IMG/VR virus record: IMGVR_UViG_3300042549_000862
Span: 1 to 46,059 of that record
Length of the DNA: 46,059 bases
Source: a virus
Taxonomy: Duplodnaviria; Caudoviricetes
Reading direction: 5' to 3' (one strand)
Positions within the stretch are counted from its first letter, which is position 1. Every line of letters begins with the position of its first letter. Below are positions 1 through 9,808 of this stretch, piece after piece. The notes under the pieces are model-generated. The model was not told the DNA's origin. It did no database searches and saw nothing but the letters and a program-made list of their open reading frames with translations. The translations under genes were made by a program, and so were the position numbers.

Positions 1-94
1 CATGCTCCACGCCCTTATCCAGCACGGCGTCAGCAACCTTCTGGAGTCCGGCACCAGCTAACTGAGACAGGATGGGAGCTAGTAACGGGATCAT
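1..94 (-). CDS. Probable holin (3TM, GTA-holin-like), N-terminus only; runs off the window
   Basis: Hand-translated MIPLLAPILSQLAGAGLQKVADAVLDKGVEH; ATG overlaps the TAA of the upstream gene (TAATG); resembles holin N-termini at the end of phage late operons. Confidence 0.5.
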   Translation of the reverse strand, partial: MIPLLAPILSQLAGAGLQKVADAVLDKGVEH

Positions 95-510
95 TATTTA
101 GTCTCCGCAATAACCTTGTCGTCACCGCGCTTGACAGTAACTTTTCCATCCTCAACGTCAACCTGCATGGATGGCTCTTTACGATCCAGCCTGTCTAGCT
201 TGTCAATTAGCTGCTTCATGACCTCAAACTCAGGCTTGTCTTGCTTGGGCGTGGCTCCGGCGATTCCATTCAGCATGGAGATCAGAGCTGTTAGCGCAGC
301 GCCCAGAAGACCCATCACAGCAGCAATCTTGTTCTCTTCAAGAAACACAGATGCCACAACGCCGATGACGACAATAGATGTGATGTAGGCCAAGCCATGT
401 TTGCCGATAGCCTTGCCTGCCACTTCCTTGGCTGTGCTATTAGCCTCCAGCCGGTTCAGTTCTGCTGCCGCCTGCGCCTTGAAAACAGCCAAGTCTTTGT
501 CGTCCATCAC
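94..510 (-). CDS. Two-TM membrane protein (lysis-region hypothetical)
   Basis: 138 aa, two hydrophobic stretches (YITSIVVIGVVASVFL; IAAVMGLLGAALTALISML), GAGGTG RBS. Confidence 0.7.
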   Translation of the reverse strand: MMDDKDLAVFKAQAAAELNRLEANSTAKEVAGKAIGKHGLAYITSIVVIGVVASVFLEENKIAAVMGLLGAALTALISMLNGIAGATPKQDKPEFEVMKQLIDKLDRLDRKEPSMQVDVEDGKVTVKRGDDKVIAETK

Positions 511-515
511 TCACC

Positions 516-884
516 TCAAGCGGCTTGTTGTGCTACCCAGCTAGTCGTAGCCTCATCCCACGAGTACATCTGGCCGTCAGTAGGCATATCCACAGGAGCC
601 TTCCACTGGCAGGTATCCTCGTTCAGCACCCAGCTTGCAAAAGGCTTAGGCGGGATGAACGCATCACGCTGCTCATCAAACGTGTAGCCGATGCCAGCAT
701 AGTTCTTGCGCTTGTTGCCGTTGTAGCTGGTCTGTACCCAGCGACCACCCAGCAGACGCTCGCAGAACGCAGCACCGATATATTCTTTCTCAATACCGTT
801 GGCGTCAGCAGTATCTTTGTTGTCCACGACAATCACTTGTTCGACCACGTTACCGGGGCCAAGTTTAGCGAAGTGCGCCATCAT
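516..884 (-). CDS. Conserved phage tail-region hypothetical protein (MAHFA... family)
   Basis: MAHFAKL...WVQTSYN...RKNYAGIGYTFDEQRDAFIPPKPFASW, a pattern typical of genes following Gly-rich tail genes. Confidence 0.75.
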   Translation of the reverse strand: MMAHFAKLGPGNVVEQVIVVDNKDTADANGIEKEYIGAAFCERLLGGRWVQTSYNGNKRKNYAGIGYTFDEQRDAFIPPKPFASWVLNEDTCQWKAPVDMPTDGQMYSWDEATTSWVAQQAA

Positions 885-1489
885 TCTTCTCCTAGTTGCA
901 GTCCAGTTAAGCTCTCATCGACACCGATGTGCCCCTTGAGAAAGGTGTTAAACGCAATGCTGACACGAGTCTCGTTGCCTACCTTCGTCTCAACCATGTG
1001 CTCAAGATGCGACGGGAACAGAATCAAGTCTCCCGCCCCTACCTCAAACCACCAGCTCTCAGAGTTCCAGTGGTTCCATGTAGCAGGCTGAACCTTGATC
1101 CGCTCGTAGCCGCTCTTGTAAAAGTAAATCTTGTCTACCGACCTGTCAGCCTGCGGGTAGAACACACCGCTGATAAAGCTGTTAGGGTGGGCGTGTTTGT
1201 GGTGGTACTGCCCAGGCTCTGTGTAGTTCGCCCATGACTGTGTGACGTACAGAGCTACATCGCCCTTGGGGTCATGCACCGTCTTGAAGTACTCCAGCAT
1301 CGCGTCCTCAATAAAGTCGCGAATGTCTGTCAGTTCCTTGTGGCGTAGCACTTTGCGGTCAGAGCTGGTGGTGTTGCCCTGATTGGGATACCGCTCCATG
1401 CCCATAATGAACTCAAGCTCAGTCTTGGTCAGGTCACGACCAAGCCGAAAGAAGCCGATAGGCAACGGGAAAAGGTTGTGGATGTTCAT
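881..1489 (-). CDS. 2OG-Fe(II) oxygenase superfamily protein, TIGR02466-like
   Basis: LFPLPI N-terminus, SWAN...HHKHAHPNSFISGVFY, LILFPSHLEHMV, RVSIAFN (HxH...H...R). Confidence 0.85.
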   Translation of the reverse strand: MNIHNLFPLPIGFFRLGRDLTKTELEFIMGMERYPNQGNTTSSDRKVLRHKELTDIRDFIEDAMLEYFKTVHDPKGDVALYVTQSWANYTEPGQYHHKHAHPNSFISGVFYPQADRSVDKIYFYKSGYERIKVQPATWNHWNSESWWFEVGAGDLILFPSHLEHMVETKVGNETRVSIAFNTFLKGHIGVDESLTGLQLGEE

Positions 1490-1746
1490 GCCACCGCCTT
1501 TTCAAACTCACGCTGACGACCAAGCAGTTCATCCAGTTGCTGCTGTGTCCAGATGGTGTTGATGCTGTCCTCGAAGGCTTTGATCTTTTCCATAGTCTCA
1601 TGCACTTCTTCCATCGTCGGGCAGGGGCGTGGGTCATCCCACAGGCTGAAGAAGTTGTTGGTGATCTCCCAACGGGCACCCGGACGTAGCAGGTGCATCG
1701 CTGTATCAATGCCAAACATCATGTAAATCTTACCTTCCATCGTCAC
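1486..1746 (-). CDS. Hypothetical phage protein (possibly XkdW-like tail accessory)
   Basis: 86 aa, LRPGARWEI...WDDPRPCPTMEEV; overlaps the next gene by GTGA/ATGA-type coupling. Confidence 0.6.
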   Translation of the reverse strand: MTMEGKIYMMFGIDTAMHLLRPGARWEITNNFFSLWDDPRPCPTMEEVHETMEKIKAFEDSINTIWTQQQLDELLGRQREFEKAVA

Positions 1747-1753
1747 TCTCCCT

Positions 1754-3418
1754 TTATGAGTTTAGTTTTAGGATGACTATGCCTGAACCGCCTGCGCCGG
1801 ATGTAGTAAAAGTCCCGCCACCGCCACCTCCGGTATTTGCGTTTCCAGAAGAACCTGTGGCTCCACCACCATTTCCGCCTCCACCAACACCACCAACACC
1901 ACCACTTGTACTTCCGCCACCAGCACCACCACCGGCATAAGTTACAGAAGTTCCAGATAAAGATGAAGCACTTCCAGTGCCACCGTTTCCGCCATTTGCT
2001 GATGTTCCATTAAACCCATTAGAACCTGCTCCACCACCTCCACCCCCAGAAGTTGAGCTTGCGGTTCCAGCTCCTACACCACCATTATTTCCTTGAGATG
2101 GTGAAGTAGATGGCGTATTCCCAAGCCCGGCAACGTTTGCGCCATAAGCACCGCCACCAGAGCCTCCGTTTGCACCGTTTCCGTTACTTCCACCACCTCC
2201 CCCACCGTTAGAAGTAATGGTGCTGAATACAGAATTTGATCCTGAATTACCTATAGCCCCTACCGTTGTAGTGCCAGCTCCACCCGCTCCAACGGTAATT
2301 GCATAAGACTGACCACCAACAACAGGCAAAGCTGTCCCAGTACGGAACCCTCCAGCACCGCCACCGCCACTTGATCCTTGTGTTGGTGGCCCACCACCAG
2401 CCCCGCCACCAGCAACAACAAGATAATCCACGCTGGTAACGCCCGGAGGAACAGTCCACGAGCCTGATGATTGGAATGTAACTACTCCTGTCTGTGGGGC
2501 TAGATACTTGATGATGACAATACCGCTGCCGCCTGTGCCACCTACAGCAGCAGGATTATTTGCGCCACCTCCGCCACCACCACCGGTATTTATTGTTGCA
2601 TTTGATCCGGCAACTCCATTATTTGGCCCACCATTTCCTCCGCCTCCGGTTCCACCAGCACCTCCAGAATTGGCAAGACGGAAAGAATCTGCCCCGCCGC
2701 CACCTCCGCCAGCATAAATTACAGACGAACCAGTAATAGATGATGCTGTTCCATTCCCACCTTTCCCAGAACCAGTGATTGCCGCATTAACACCTAACTC
2801 TGTGGCCCCGCCACCGCCACCAGAAGCAACTGGGTCGCCAGATCCAGCAGGCCCACTTCCAGCACGACCTGCGCCACCATTGTTTCCTTGGCTTGGCGTG
2901 GTTGCCGGAGTGTTTCCTACTCCTCCGGGAGCAGGGGTGCCAGATCCACCGCCACCAGATGCCCCCGCTCTTCCTGCCACATTTGGATTTGCGCCACCGC
3001 CACCACCATTAGATGTGATGGTGCTGAATATAGAATTTGTTCCATTGGAACCGGCAGCGCTTGGGCTTATTGTTCCGCCTGCGCCACCGCTACCAACAGT
3101 AATTGTGTACGTTGTTCCCGGTATTACGGAAAAAGCCGTGCCAGTACGAAATCCACCAGCACCACCACCTCCACCAGATTCAGCGCCACCACCAGCCCCA
3201 CCGCCAACTACAAGGTAATCCACCTGCGACACACCATCCGGGCATGTCCACGAGCCAGAAGAAGTAAATGACAGTACGACAGTGTTAGTAGGAATACCGG
3301 GCCACACGCCAGCCTTGATGGCTTGCAGTGCTTGTTGCAATGTCCAGATGCCCGATGCCTGAGTCGTGCTCGGCAGCCGAGGCGCTTTCGTCATTATTCT
3401 GCCGGGATAATCACTCAT
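1754..3418 (-). CDS. Glycine-rich virion/tail protein with two tandem Gly-rich domains
   Basis: Two repeats of FxSSGSWTxPxGVxxVDYLVVxGG...GAGGFRTGTA...YAGGGxGG...NTGGGGGG...GGSGIVI. Confidence 0.85.
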   Translation of the reverse strand: MSDYPGRIMTKAPRLPSTTQASGIWTLQQALQAIKAGVWPGIPTNTVVLSFTSSGSWTCPDGVSQVDYLVVGGGAGGGAESGGGGGAGGFRTGTAFSVIPGTTYTITVGSGGAGGTISPSAAGSNGTNSIFSTITSNGGGGGANPNVAGRAGASGGGGSGTPAPGGVGNTPATTPSQGNNGGAGRAGSGPAGSGDPVASGGGGGATELGVNAAITGSGKGGNGTASSITGSSVIYAGGGGGGADSFRLANSGGAGGTGGGGNGGPNNGVAGSNATINTGGGGGGGANNPAAVGGTGGSGIVIIKYLAPQTGVVTFQSSGSWTVPPGVTSVDYLVVAGGGAGGGPPTQGSSGGGGAGGFRTGTALPVVGGQSYAITVGAGGAGTTTVGAIGNSGSNSVFSTITSNGGGGGGSNGNGANGGSGGGAYGANVAGLGNTPSTSPSQGNNGGVGAGTASSTSGGGGGGAGSNGFNGTSANGGNGGTGSASSLSGTSVTYAGGGAGGGSTSGGVGGVGGGGNGGGATGSSGNANTGGGGGGTFTTSGAGGSGIVILKLNS

Positions 3419-3426
3419 GTCTTACC

Positions 3427-5049
3427 TTATTGATTTACTCTGATGATGACAATACCTGAGCCGCCTGTGCCGCCGGGGTTTCTTGGAGAAACATCTTGCC
3501 CACCGCCGCCTCCGCCACCAGTGTTTGCGGTTCCATTGGAAGCACTTACAATAGAATCAGCACCTGCACCGCCGCCACCAGTGCCGCCGCTACCTCTTGT
3601 CCCACTCCCAGTAGATCCGCCCCCGCCGCCAGCGTAAGTTACAGAAGAACCGGAAAGGCTTGATGCCGTTCCATTGCCACCATTGCCGTTAGCCGATGAA
3701 CCTGCCGCGCTCGCACCACCGCCTCCGCCTCCGTAATAAGGCGCACTGCCTGTGCCATTGCCGCCATTGCCGCCTTCGGACGGCGTGTACCCTCCCAAAT
3801 TCCCTGCGCCGCCAGATGTCCCGCCACTGGCAGACCCTCTTCCGCCACCACCAGATCCACCGGTTCCACCTGTTTCGTTATTTCCAGTTCCTCTTCCGCC
3901 GCCTGTAGATGTAATAGTTGAAAACACAGAATTTGTGCCTGCTGTGTATGCTGCCCCACCAGCTCCGACAGTAACTGTGTATTCACTTCCAGCCGTCACG
4001 GCTAAAGCAGTGCCAGCTCTAAAACCACCAGCCCCTCCTCCTCCACCAACAGAAAGGGCAATTACCCCACTTCCACCACCACCACCGCCAGCAACAACAA
4101 GGTAGTCCACACTCGTCACGCCGACAGGAGCTACCCATTTCTGGGTAGAGTTAAAGACATAGATGGATTGTGATGGAGCTATATAACGTAGGATGACAAT
4201 ACCTGAGCCGCCTGAGCCTGCTGGCTGCTGATTTGTATACCCGCCACCACCACCGCCGCCAGTGTTAATAACGCCATTAGAGCCAGCAGTTGCTGGCGTT
4301 TGTCTTGCACCATTTGCACCACCGCCAATTCCTCCAACCCCAACAACAGTAGTCCCTCCTCCACCACCGCCACCACTGTATGTTACAGACGAGCCAGTAA
4401 TACTTGACGCAGTTCCAGCGCCGCCATTTCCACCTGTGCTTGCAGAACCATTTCGCCCAACAGCGCCAGCGCCACCACCGCCACCACCGCCAGTACCGCC
4501 CGTAGAAACGGCAGTGCCGCCATTGTTTCCTTGAGATGGAGTTGTTGAAGGAGTATTGCCTGTACCAGCAGTTCCCGGAGAATATGGAGATGTTGCTGAC
4601 GTTCCAGCGCCGCCGCCAGAACCGCCATCTAATCCATTTTGGTTTGTGTTGCTAAACGCTCCACCACCACCACCGCCATTTGAAGTAATAGTGCTAAATA
4701 TTGAATTAACACCATTAGATCCTTTGTTGCCAGTTGCCCCAGCCGAGCCTCCAGAACCAACGGTAATTGCATACGTTGCACCCGGAGTCACAGGTAAAGC
4801 AGAGCCAGCTCTAAATCCACCAGCGCCGCCTCCACCAAAATCTCCCCCTCCAGCACCCCCAGCAACCACCAAATAATCAACAGCAGTCACACCAGCAGGT
4901 ACAGTGAAATAACCAGAAGCTAGGAATGTCTGGACAACAGTTACCCCTCTAGGCCAACTGCCAAGATTCCAGATACCCGATGCAAAGCCGGGCGTATACA
5001 GCGGAGAACTCGCGCTGATAATGTTGCCGGGATACCCGTGAATTGCCAT
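3427..5049 (-). CDS. Glycine-rich virion/tail protein with two tandem Gly-rich domains (paralog of 1754-3418)
   Basis: Same domain signature twice (VDYLVVAGG...GGFRAG...FSTITS...GGSGIVI); related N-terminal leader (YPG.I...ASGIW). Confidence 0.85.
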   Translation of the reverse strand: MAIHGYPGNIISASSPLYTPGFASGIWNLGSWPRGVTVVQTFLASGYFTVPAGVTAVDYLVVAGGAGGGDFGGGGAGGFRAGSALPVTPGATYAITVGSGGSAGATGNKGSNGVNSIFSTITSNGGGGGGAFSNTNQNGLDGGSGGGAGTSATSPYSPGTAGTGNTPSTTPSQGNNGGTAVSTGGTGGGGGGGAGAVGRNGSASTGGNGGAGTASSITGSSVTYSGGGGGGGTTVVGVGGIGGGANGARQTPATAGSNGVINTGGGGGGGYTNQQPAGSGGSGIVILRYIAPSQSIYVFNSTQKWVAPVGVTSVDYLVVAGGGGGGSGVIALSVGGGGGAGGFRAGTALAVTAGSEYTVTVGAGGAAYTAGTNSVFSTITSTGGGRGTGNNETGGTGGSGGGGRGSASGGTSGGAGNLGGYTPSEGGNGGNGTGSAPYYGGGGGGASAAGSSANGNGGNGTASSLSGSSVTYAGGGGGSTGSGTRGSGGTGGGGAGADSIVSASNGTANTGGGGGGGQDVSPRNPGGTGGSGIVIIRVNQ

Positions 5050-5058
5050 GTTCTACCC

Positions 5059-5460
5059 TTACGAGCTAATCTGTTCGTAGCTGACGGAGAATGAAATCGC
5101 GCTGTTCGTGCCGCTAGACACCACAATAGCCTTGTCTTCCAGCAGATAAGTAGCAGTCGTCTTATCCATCACGATCAAAGACGCATATGCCGGGACAGAA
5201 ATGTTGGATGCGATTGGGAAGGTATTGCTGCTACCAACAACCACAGCATTACCTGCCACAACATTGCCGCTCGTGAAGATGGAAACAGTCACGTTCGCCG
5301 CCGTGTTCGTCTGATTAGCAGCCACAATCTGGTCAAGCTTGAATACGTTGCCTGAACCAGAGGTGTTTGTCACCAGTACAAAAGTAGACGTGTTCGCAGG
5401 GGTCAGATAGGTAGTCTGACCGTAGATCTGCGTGACGTTAACAATATTTGGGTTTGCCAT
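5059..5460 (-). CDS. Putative tail/virion structural protein
   Basis: 133 aa beta-rich MANPNIVNV...YLLED...SYEQIS; GGAG RBS; tail module. Confidence 0.7.
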   Translation of the reverse strand: MANPNIVNVTQIYGQTTYLTPANTSTFVLVTNTSGSGNVFKLDQIVAANQTNTAANVTVSIFTSGNVVAGNAVVVGSSNTFPIASNISVPAYASLIVMDKTTATYLLEDKAIVVSSGTNSAISFSVSYEQISS

Positions 5461-5472
5461 TTTAGTAACTCC

Positions 5473-6153
5473 TTAGAAGCCGAAGATCATGGCCATCGCT
5501 ATGGCCTTGCCTGTTGATACGCCAGCCGATTGAGCTTGGCTAACCCAAGTCGTGCCGTTACTGGTCAAAACATTGCCGCTTGCGCCGGGTGCCACAAAAT
5601 TTACCGCAGATGTGTTGTTGCCAATCATCACGCTGTTGACCGTCAGGTTTGCCCTGCCAGTGCCGCCTTCAGCAACGTCCAGCGGGTTGGTAAGCGCAAT
5701 GTTTGATACTGTTACGTTACCAACCGTCAAGTCTGCAACATAGTTAATTGCTTCTGCTACGTTGGTGCCGTCGTTGAACAGCATCACAGACTTACCGGCG
5801 GGGATCGTGACCGTTATACCCGTTGGCGTAGCATTGCTGCCGTTCGAAATGACCACCGAGTTCGACAGCCCGTTCGTGACGATGTACTGCTTTTCTATCG
5901 CCGGAATAAACAACGTCTGCTGATTCGTGATTGTGCCAACCAAGTTTAGCCGCAGGTTACGTGCGGTCTGGCTGGCATTTGTGTCTGTCAGCGCTATGGC
6001 TGTGTTCGAGCTGGCGAACGTGACGTTGGCAGAACCAGTGATGGCTTCTTCAAGGGCTGTGCCAAGGTTGGTGTTTGTAGTGGCACCCCACGTACCCGCT
6101 TGATCGCCGGTGCCGATCAGCTCGATCTTTAGCGCGGAATATGTACTTGCCAT
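5473..6153 (-). CDS. Putative short tail fibre/tail protein
   Basis: MASTYSALKIELIGTGDQAGTWGATTNTNLG N-terminus, LDVAEGGTG and GNVLTSNGTTWVS fibre motifs, C-terminal GKAIAMAMIFG. Confidence 0.75.
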   Translation of the reverse strand: MASTYSALKIELIGTGDQAGTWGATTNTNLGTALEEAITGSANVTFASSNTAIALTDTNASQTARNLRLNLVGTITNQQTLFIPAIEKQYIVTNGLSNSVVISNGSNATPTGITVTIPAGKSVMLFNDGTNVAEAINYVADLTVGNVTVSNIALTNPLDVAEGGTGRANLTVNSVMIGNNTSAVNFVAPGASGNVLTSNGTTWVSQAQSAGVSTGKAIAMAMIFGF

Positions 6154-6162
6154 GGTTCTTCC

Positions 6163-7125
6163 TTACTCATTAGTGTTAATCAGCGACCAATCCTCGGTTA
6201 CGCCTGTATCAATCAACTCCCACTGCAGCCGTCGCGATGTAGTATCTGATGCCCTTACTGTTTCTGCGATGCTGATTCGTATCGTGCCTGTTACGCTAAT
6301 TGTTTCACTTGCTGTTGCGTCTTCAGTTACAGCGGTTTGGAACTGCGCCAACGCTGCTGCTGTTTCTGCCGCGGCAACTGCTTCTTCAATCAACGTCTGC
6401 AACACCACTAGCCCGGACACTGCAACACTTGCGTTAGCGTTCTCCGTTACAAACGCCGGTACACCAAACGCGCTTGTAAGTTCTTCAGACGCCGTGACAG
6501 TCTCTGCCACATTTGCCACATAAGCAGGTGCGCCTGCTATCGTGTCACTGCCTGTTGCCGTTTCACTGACATTGCCCGGATACTGCGGTGTTGCCCTTGC
6601 TTGGTCGCTACCTGTTGCCGTCTCACTTACTGCGGTGCCCAAAACCACCTGCGTGGTTAGCCGGTCTGTTGCTGTTAGCGTTTCCGTTACCCGGCCATTG
6701 ACAATAAACAAGCTTGATACTGTCTCAACCCCGTTTGCCGTCTCACGCACTGTACCAACCAGTGCTACTGCACCTGCTACCGTTTCACTGCCAGTTGCCG
6801 TTTCAAGTACAGATACGGGCAGGGCAAGACCACTAGATACAACGTCAGTAGCAGTAACAGTTTCACTTACCGTTCCCAGTTGTGGCAGTGCTGTTGTTAG
6901 CGTATCTGCCGCAGTTACCGTCTCGATGATGGTAGCAAGTATGGGCGCAGCGGTGTTGTATTCTTCGGACGCGACAACCAAACCACCGTTGCCTATACCC
7001 CATCCGTACGTACCCCAACCGCCGTTACCCCAGCCAGCATTAGTGACAAGCGGGTAGTAAACCGAACAGCCCCACCCTGCTTCGCCCCATGTGCCGCTGC
7101 TGTAGCCGCCATCGACAATAGCCAC
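6163..7125 (-). CDS. Virion structural protein with ~22-aa Thr/Ala/Val-rich repeats
   Basis: GTG start; N-terminal GWG motifs; repeated VxETATGS(E/D)T units; Trp-containing C-terminal tail. Confidence 0.7.
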   Translation of the reverse strand: MAIVDGGYSSGTWGEAGWGCSVYYPLVTNAGWGNGGWGTYGWGIGNGGLVVASEEYNTAAPILATIIETVTAADTLTTALPQLGTVSETVTATDVVSSGLALPVSVLETATGSETVAGAVALVGTVRETANGVETVSSLFIVNGRVTETLTATDRLTTQVVLGTAVSETATGSDQARATPQYPGNVSETATGSDTIAGAPAYVANVAETVTASEELTSAFGVPAFVTENANASVAVSGLVVLQTLIEEAVAAAETAAALAQFQTAVTEDATASETISVTGTIRISIAETVRASDTTSRRLQWELIDTGVTEDWSLINTNE

Positions 7126-7128
7126 TCA

Positions 7129-7305
7129 TTACTCCGCAGAGACAAGCTCGTGCTCAGCAAACCAGCGTTCTTGCGTAACAGTACCATCTGACCATTCAAT
7201 CAGATACCAAACAACCCCATCCTCATCCATGCGCATTTTCTGCACAGGACCTTGCGGAACAGTAGCGTTTACGCGAACAGCCTGACCTTTTTGAAATGCC
7301 GCCAT
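7129..7305 (-). CDS. Small hypothetical protein (58 aa, SH3/YodC-like pattern), absent from the ORF track
   Basis: Hand-translated MAAFQKGQAVRVNATVPQGPVQKMRMDEDGVVWYLIEWSDGTVTQERWFAEHELVSAE; AGGAG RBS; fills the operon gap. Confidence 0.75.
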   Translation of the reverse strand: MAAFQKGQAVRVNATVPQGPVQKMRMDEDGVVWYLIEWSDGTVTQERWFAEHELVSAE

Positions 7306-7317
7306 GATTAGCTCCTG

Positions 7318-7893
7318 TTACGATGCGTCAAGGTTGAACGAGTACGTGATGTTCAACACGTCACCACTGACCACTGTACGGTCGCCCGGCGATTGGAAGT
7401 CAGACACCGAAAACAGCGTATCGGATGTACCCGTAGCTACATTAGCCAAAAACGCGCCTGCAATAGTAGCGTTGGCGTTCATAGTGAACGACGCAGCCGA
7501 AGAAGCGTTGTTGATGTTGGACGGATCATCCAGCGTAGCTGCGCCAAACGTAACGGCCTTGCGGTTGCCCGTATAGCTTGTGTTCTCATCCCAGCCAACG
7601 TGCGATGCCAGAGTATCGCCGCCAGAATACGTGGTCGAAGATGAAGTGCCGTTGACCAGACCCAGATACCATGCAGCGGTGTAAGCCGAACCTGCAAAGA
7701 ACTTGGTGTTCATGTCTTGCAGACCAGTGTTGACCACGAGGTTGGGCGCAATCTCAACCCACTTCTCGTTGCCGTTGCTGTCGTAGCAAGTAACGGTAAA
7801 TACACCACCGCCAGACGCGCCTTCAGCAAAGCCCGTTTTGCGCTCAACAGCAGCGCCCACGGTTTCACTTGTTTTAGAAGTTTCAATGCTCAT
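7318..7893 (-). CDS. Putative tail/virion structural protein
   Basis: 191 aa, PNLVVNTGL...WYLGL...GDRTVVSGDVLNITYSF; AAGGAG RBS. Confidence 0.75.
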   Translation of the reverse strand: MSIETSKTSETVGAAVERKTGFAEGASGGGVFTVTCYDSNGNEKWVEIAPNLVVNTGLQDMNTKFFAGSAYTAAWYLGLVNGTSSSTTYSGGDTLASHVGWDENTSYTGNRKAVTFGAATLDDPSNINNASSAASFTMNANATIAGAFLANVATGTSDTLFSVSDFQSPGDRTVVSGDVLNITYSFNLDAS

Positions 7894-7902
7894 GATTACT
7901 CC

Positions 7903-8328
7903 TTAGTTAATACGTATCAGCGCACTGGACGCTGTGTCAGGGGGTAAAGTCACAGTAAACGTGTTGTTGCCTGCCTGTGTCTTGTCAGACCCAAAATCCA
8001 GCACAGCAATTGACGCGTTACTCCTTGTCGTGTTGTATATCAAGGCACCACGTGCCGTAAACTGCGCAGGGTCCCACACCGGGTTTGAGAAGCTCACATA
8101 CACTATCCCGTTGCTGGTTGAGTTGACTGTCACATTTGACAGTGCCTGCCCACCAGCGGTGTACCCTGTACCACTAATCTCGTTGTCCGAAGAATACACT
8201 GTTGTATTCTCGTTAATGTCTGCAAACGCTGTGTACAGCGCCATCTTCAGTGCATCAGAGGCGACATTCTGCCGTCCGTTCACCATGTCAAGCTTGAAGC
8301 TTGTTGTCAATCCTTGGCGAATAGTCAT
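7903..8328 (-). CDS. Putative tail/virion structural protein
   Basis: TSFKLDM...LKMALYT...GYTAGG...ARGALIYN...VLDFGSDKT, a common phage structural family pattern. Confidence 0.75.
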   Translation of the reverse strand: MTIRQGLTTSFKLDMVNGRQNVASDALKMALYTAFADINENTTVYSSDNEISGTGYTAGGQALSNVTVNSTSNGIVYVSFSNPVWDPAQFTARGALIYNTTRSNASIAVLDFGSDKTQAGNNTFTVTLPPDTASSALIRIN

Positions 8329-9011
8329 TACGTCACCGGCACCCTAACTTGTCCACTGCGGTACGCATCCTGACGCTCCAGACCATCACCCAGACGCTTC
8401 AATTCCGCCATGGCTTCATTGTACTTAGCCTCGACGTTCTGAATCAAATCCGTCTCACCTTTCATGAACAAATACGCTTCCCGCAGCGCACCATAAAGCA
8501 ATGCCGGGTCATAGTTGTCGCCCAGCCATGTCCTGCCGTCCGGTGCTACCGTAATTGACTGCGGGTAGTAGTAATAATGCAACTCCAGCGTATACGCGGA
8601 ATCAGGGGTAGGGCCAAAGATAAACGCCAGTTCGTCCGTAATGACGTTGCTGCTGGTAGCAGGACCAAACAACGCGTAGTACTGGGGCAACCCCGTATCA
8701 GCCGGGGTGGGGTACGCCTCACGGATGTAGTTCACATCCTTGTTCAAGAGATAATGATATGTCTCGTTTGACGTGCCGTAAGCTTCAATGACTGCCAACG
8801 AATACGACGAGAGAAAATCACCGGGGCAGGGCAGATACTTGTTGTTGGCTTTCATGGGGCCTGTGACGTTCTTGCGAAGTGCAGGTATCTGCACCGCGTT
8901 GTAAATGCGCGTCTCGGCCTGCTGCACGAAGACAGGAATATTCGCTACGAAGGTCGCTTCGTAGTTCTCTGTGTACTCCTGTATCGCATCAACAAGTTCG
9001 GTGTACGTCAT
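8328..9011 (-). CDS. Head-tail connector/tail tubular-like protein
   Basis: MTYTEL..I..Y...FVQQAETRI...GPTPDSAY.LELHYYYYP.SI...LLYGALREAY; position in neck module. Confidence 0.65.
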   Translation of the reverse strand: MTYTELVDAIQEYTENYEATFVANIPVFVQQAETRIYNAVQIPALRKNVTGPMKANNKYLPCPGDFLSSYSLAVIEAYGTSNETYHYLLNKDVNYIREAYPTPADTGLPQYYALFGPATSSNVITDELAFIFGPTPDSAYTLELHYYYYPQSITVAPDGRTWLGDNYDPALLYGALREAYLFMKGETDLIQNVEAKYNEAMAELKRLGDGLERQDAYRSGQVRVPVT

Positions 9012-9013
9012 TT

Positions 9014-9211
9014 TCAGCCCATCGGTCCACGCGCCATGACGCCTTTGGTTGCAGCGCCAGTGCCACGAATCTTGATGCCGGAAGTCTTGACTTCAGGGTA
9101 GTTGCCTTTGCTGATGCCGTCCACGGACGGATTGATCTGCGTTAGCCGCTTAGCGCCTGACTCACTTTTTGTGGCGTTTGCCATCACTTGCTTGATTCCG
9201 TTCTTAGCCAT
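9014..9211 (-). CDS. Small basic hypothetical protein
   Basis: 65 aa ending KIRGTGAATKGVMARGPMG; AAGGAG RBS. Confidence 0.7.
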   Translation of the reverse strand: MAKNGIKQVMANATKSESGAKRLTQINPSVDGISKGNYPEVKTSGIKIRGTGAATKGVMARGPMG

Positions 9212-9220
9212 GACTGCTCC

Positions 9221-9376
9221 TTAACCGGTTTTCTGGTTGGCGACACGGGCAAGGTTACGCCCCATCTTCTTCATCTGGTCAGTAGTCACGCCGCCTTTTG
9301 CCATGCCTTTGCCTTTGTGCATGCGCTTCTCATGGGCTTTGACTTCCTGCCGCGCCACTTTTCTCATGTTGTCCAT
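9221..9376 (-). CDS. Small basic protein (51 aa), absent from the ORF track
   Basis: Hand-translated MDNMRKVARQEVKAHEKRMHKGKGMAKGGVTTDQMKKMGRNLARVANQKTG; AGGAG RBS. Confidence 0.7.
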   Translation of the reverse strand: MDNMRKVARQEVKAHEKRMHKGKGMAKGGVTTDQMKKMGRNLARVANQKTG

Positions 9377-9385
9377 ACCGTACTC

Positions 9386-9808
9386 CTAGTTAATTGTTAC
9401 GTTTGCCACAGTTGTTTCTGCCACCAAATAGTTAGGCGTCAGTCCTGCATCATTTGCCCTTGCCCCACCCACCGGTGCCCAGCCCCACTGGATGATACGA
9501 CTACCGCCTGACGGCGTACCATCTGACAACAGCACTGGCGAAGCATTTGCCAAAACTTGCAGCCCGCCATAACCGGACTGAATGTAGCTGTTGTCCCTGC
9601 GTGGTTCCCGCACTGCTTGCGGATCGTCCACCGGATACATACCTAACTGCAACTGCGGCTGATCGGGTTCCCAGCATGTCTGGCACACCTTGATCGTGAC
9701 CTGCTTGGTCTTGATCACAAGCTTTTTCAATTCCTTCAGCTTGTATTGTTGCCCACATCGGTCACACTCAGCAATGCTGAACCGACCTGACGAAAACCTG
9801 TTACCCAT
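9386..9808 (-). CDS. Zinc-ribbon-containing phage protein
   Basis: CDRCG...CQTCWE..QPQL. Confidence 0.75.
   Translation of the reverse strand: MGNRFSSGRFSIAECDRCGQQYKLKELKKLVIKTKQVTIKVCQTCWEPDQPQLQLGMYPVDDPQAVREPRRDNSYIQSGYGGLQVLANASPVLLSDGTPSGGSRIIQWGWAPVGGARANDAGLTPNYLVAETTVANVTIN

Noticed and set aside
881-1489. 2OG oxygenase as a TET/JBP base hydroxylase supplying the GTs
   Set aside because: Motifs are TIGR02466-type (HxH), not TET/JBP (HxD), and the gene is in the late tail operon far from the replication genes
2508-4876. Several Pro-rich plus-strand ORFs (PPPPP runs)
   Set aside because: Antisense shadows of the poly-Gly codons in the minus-strand tail genes; no RBS or operon context
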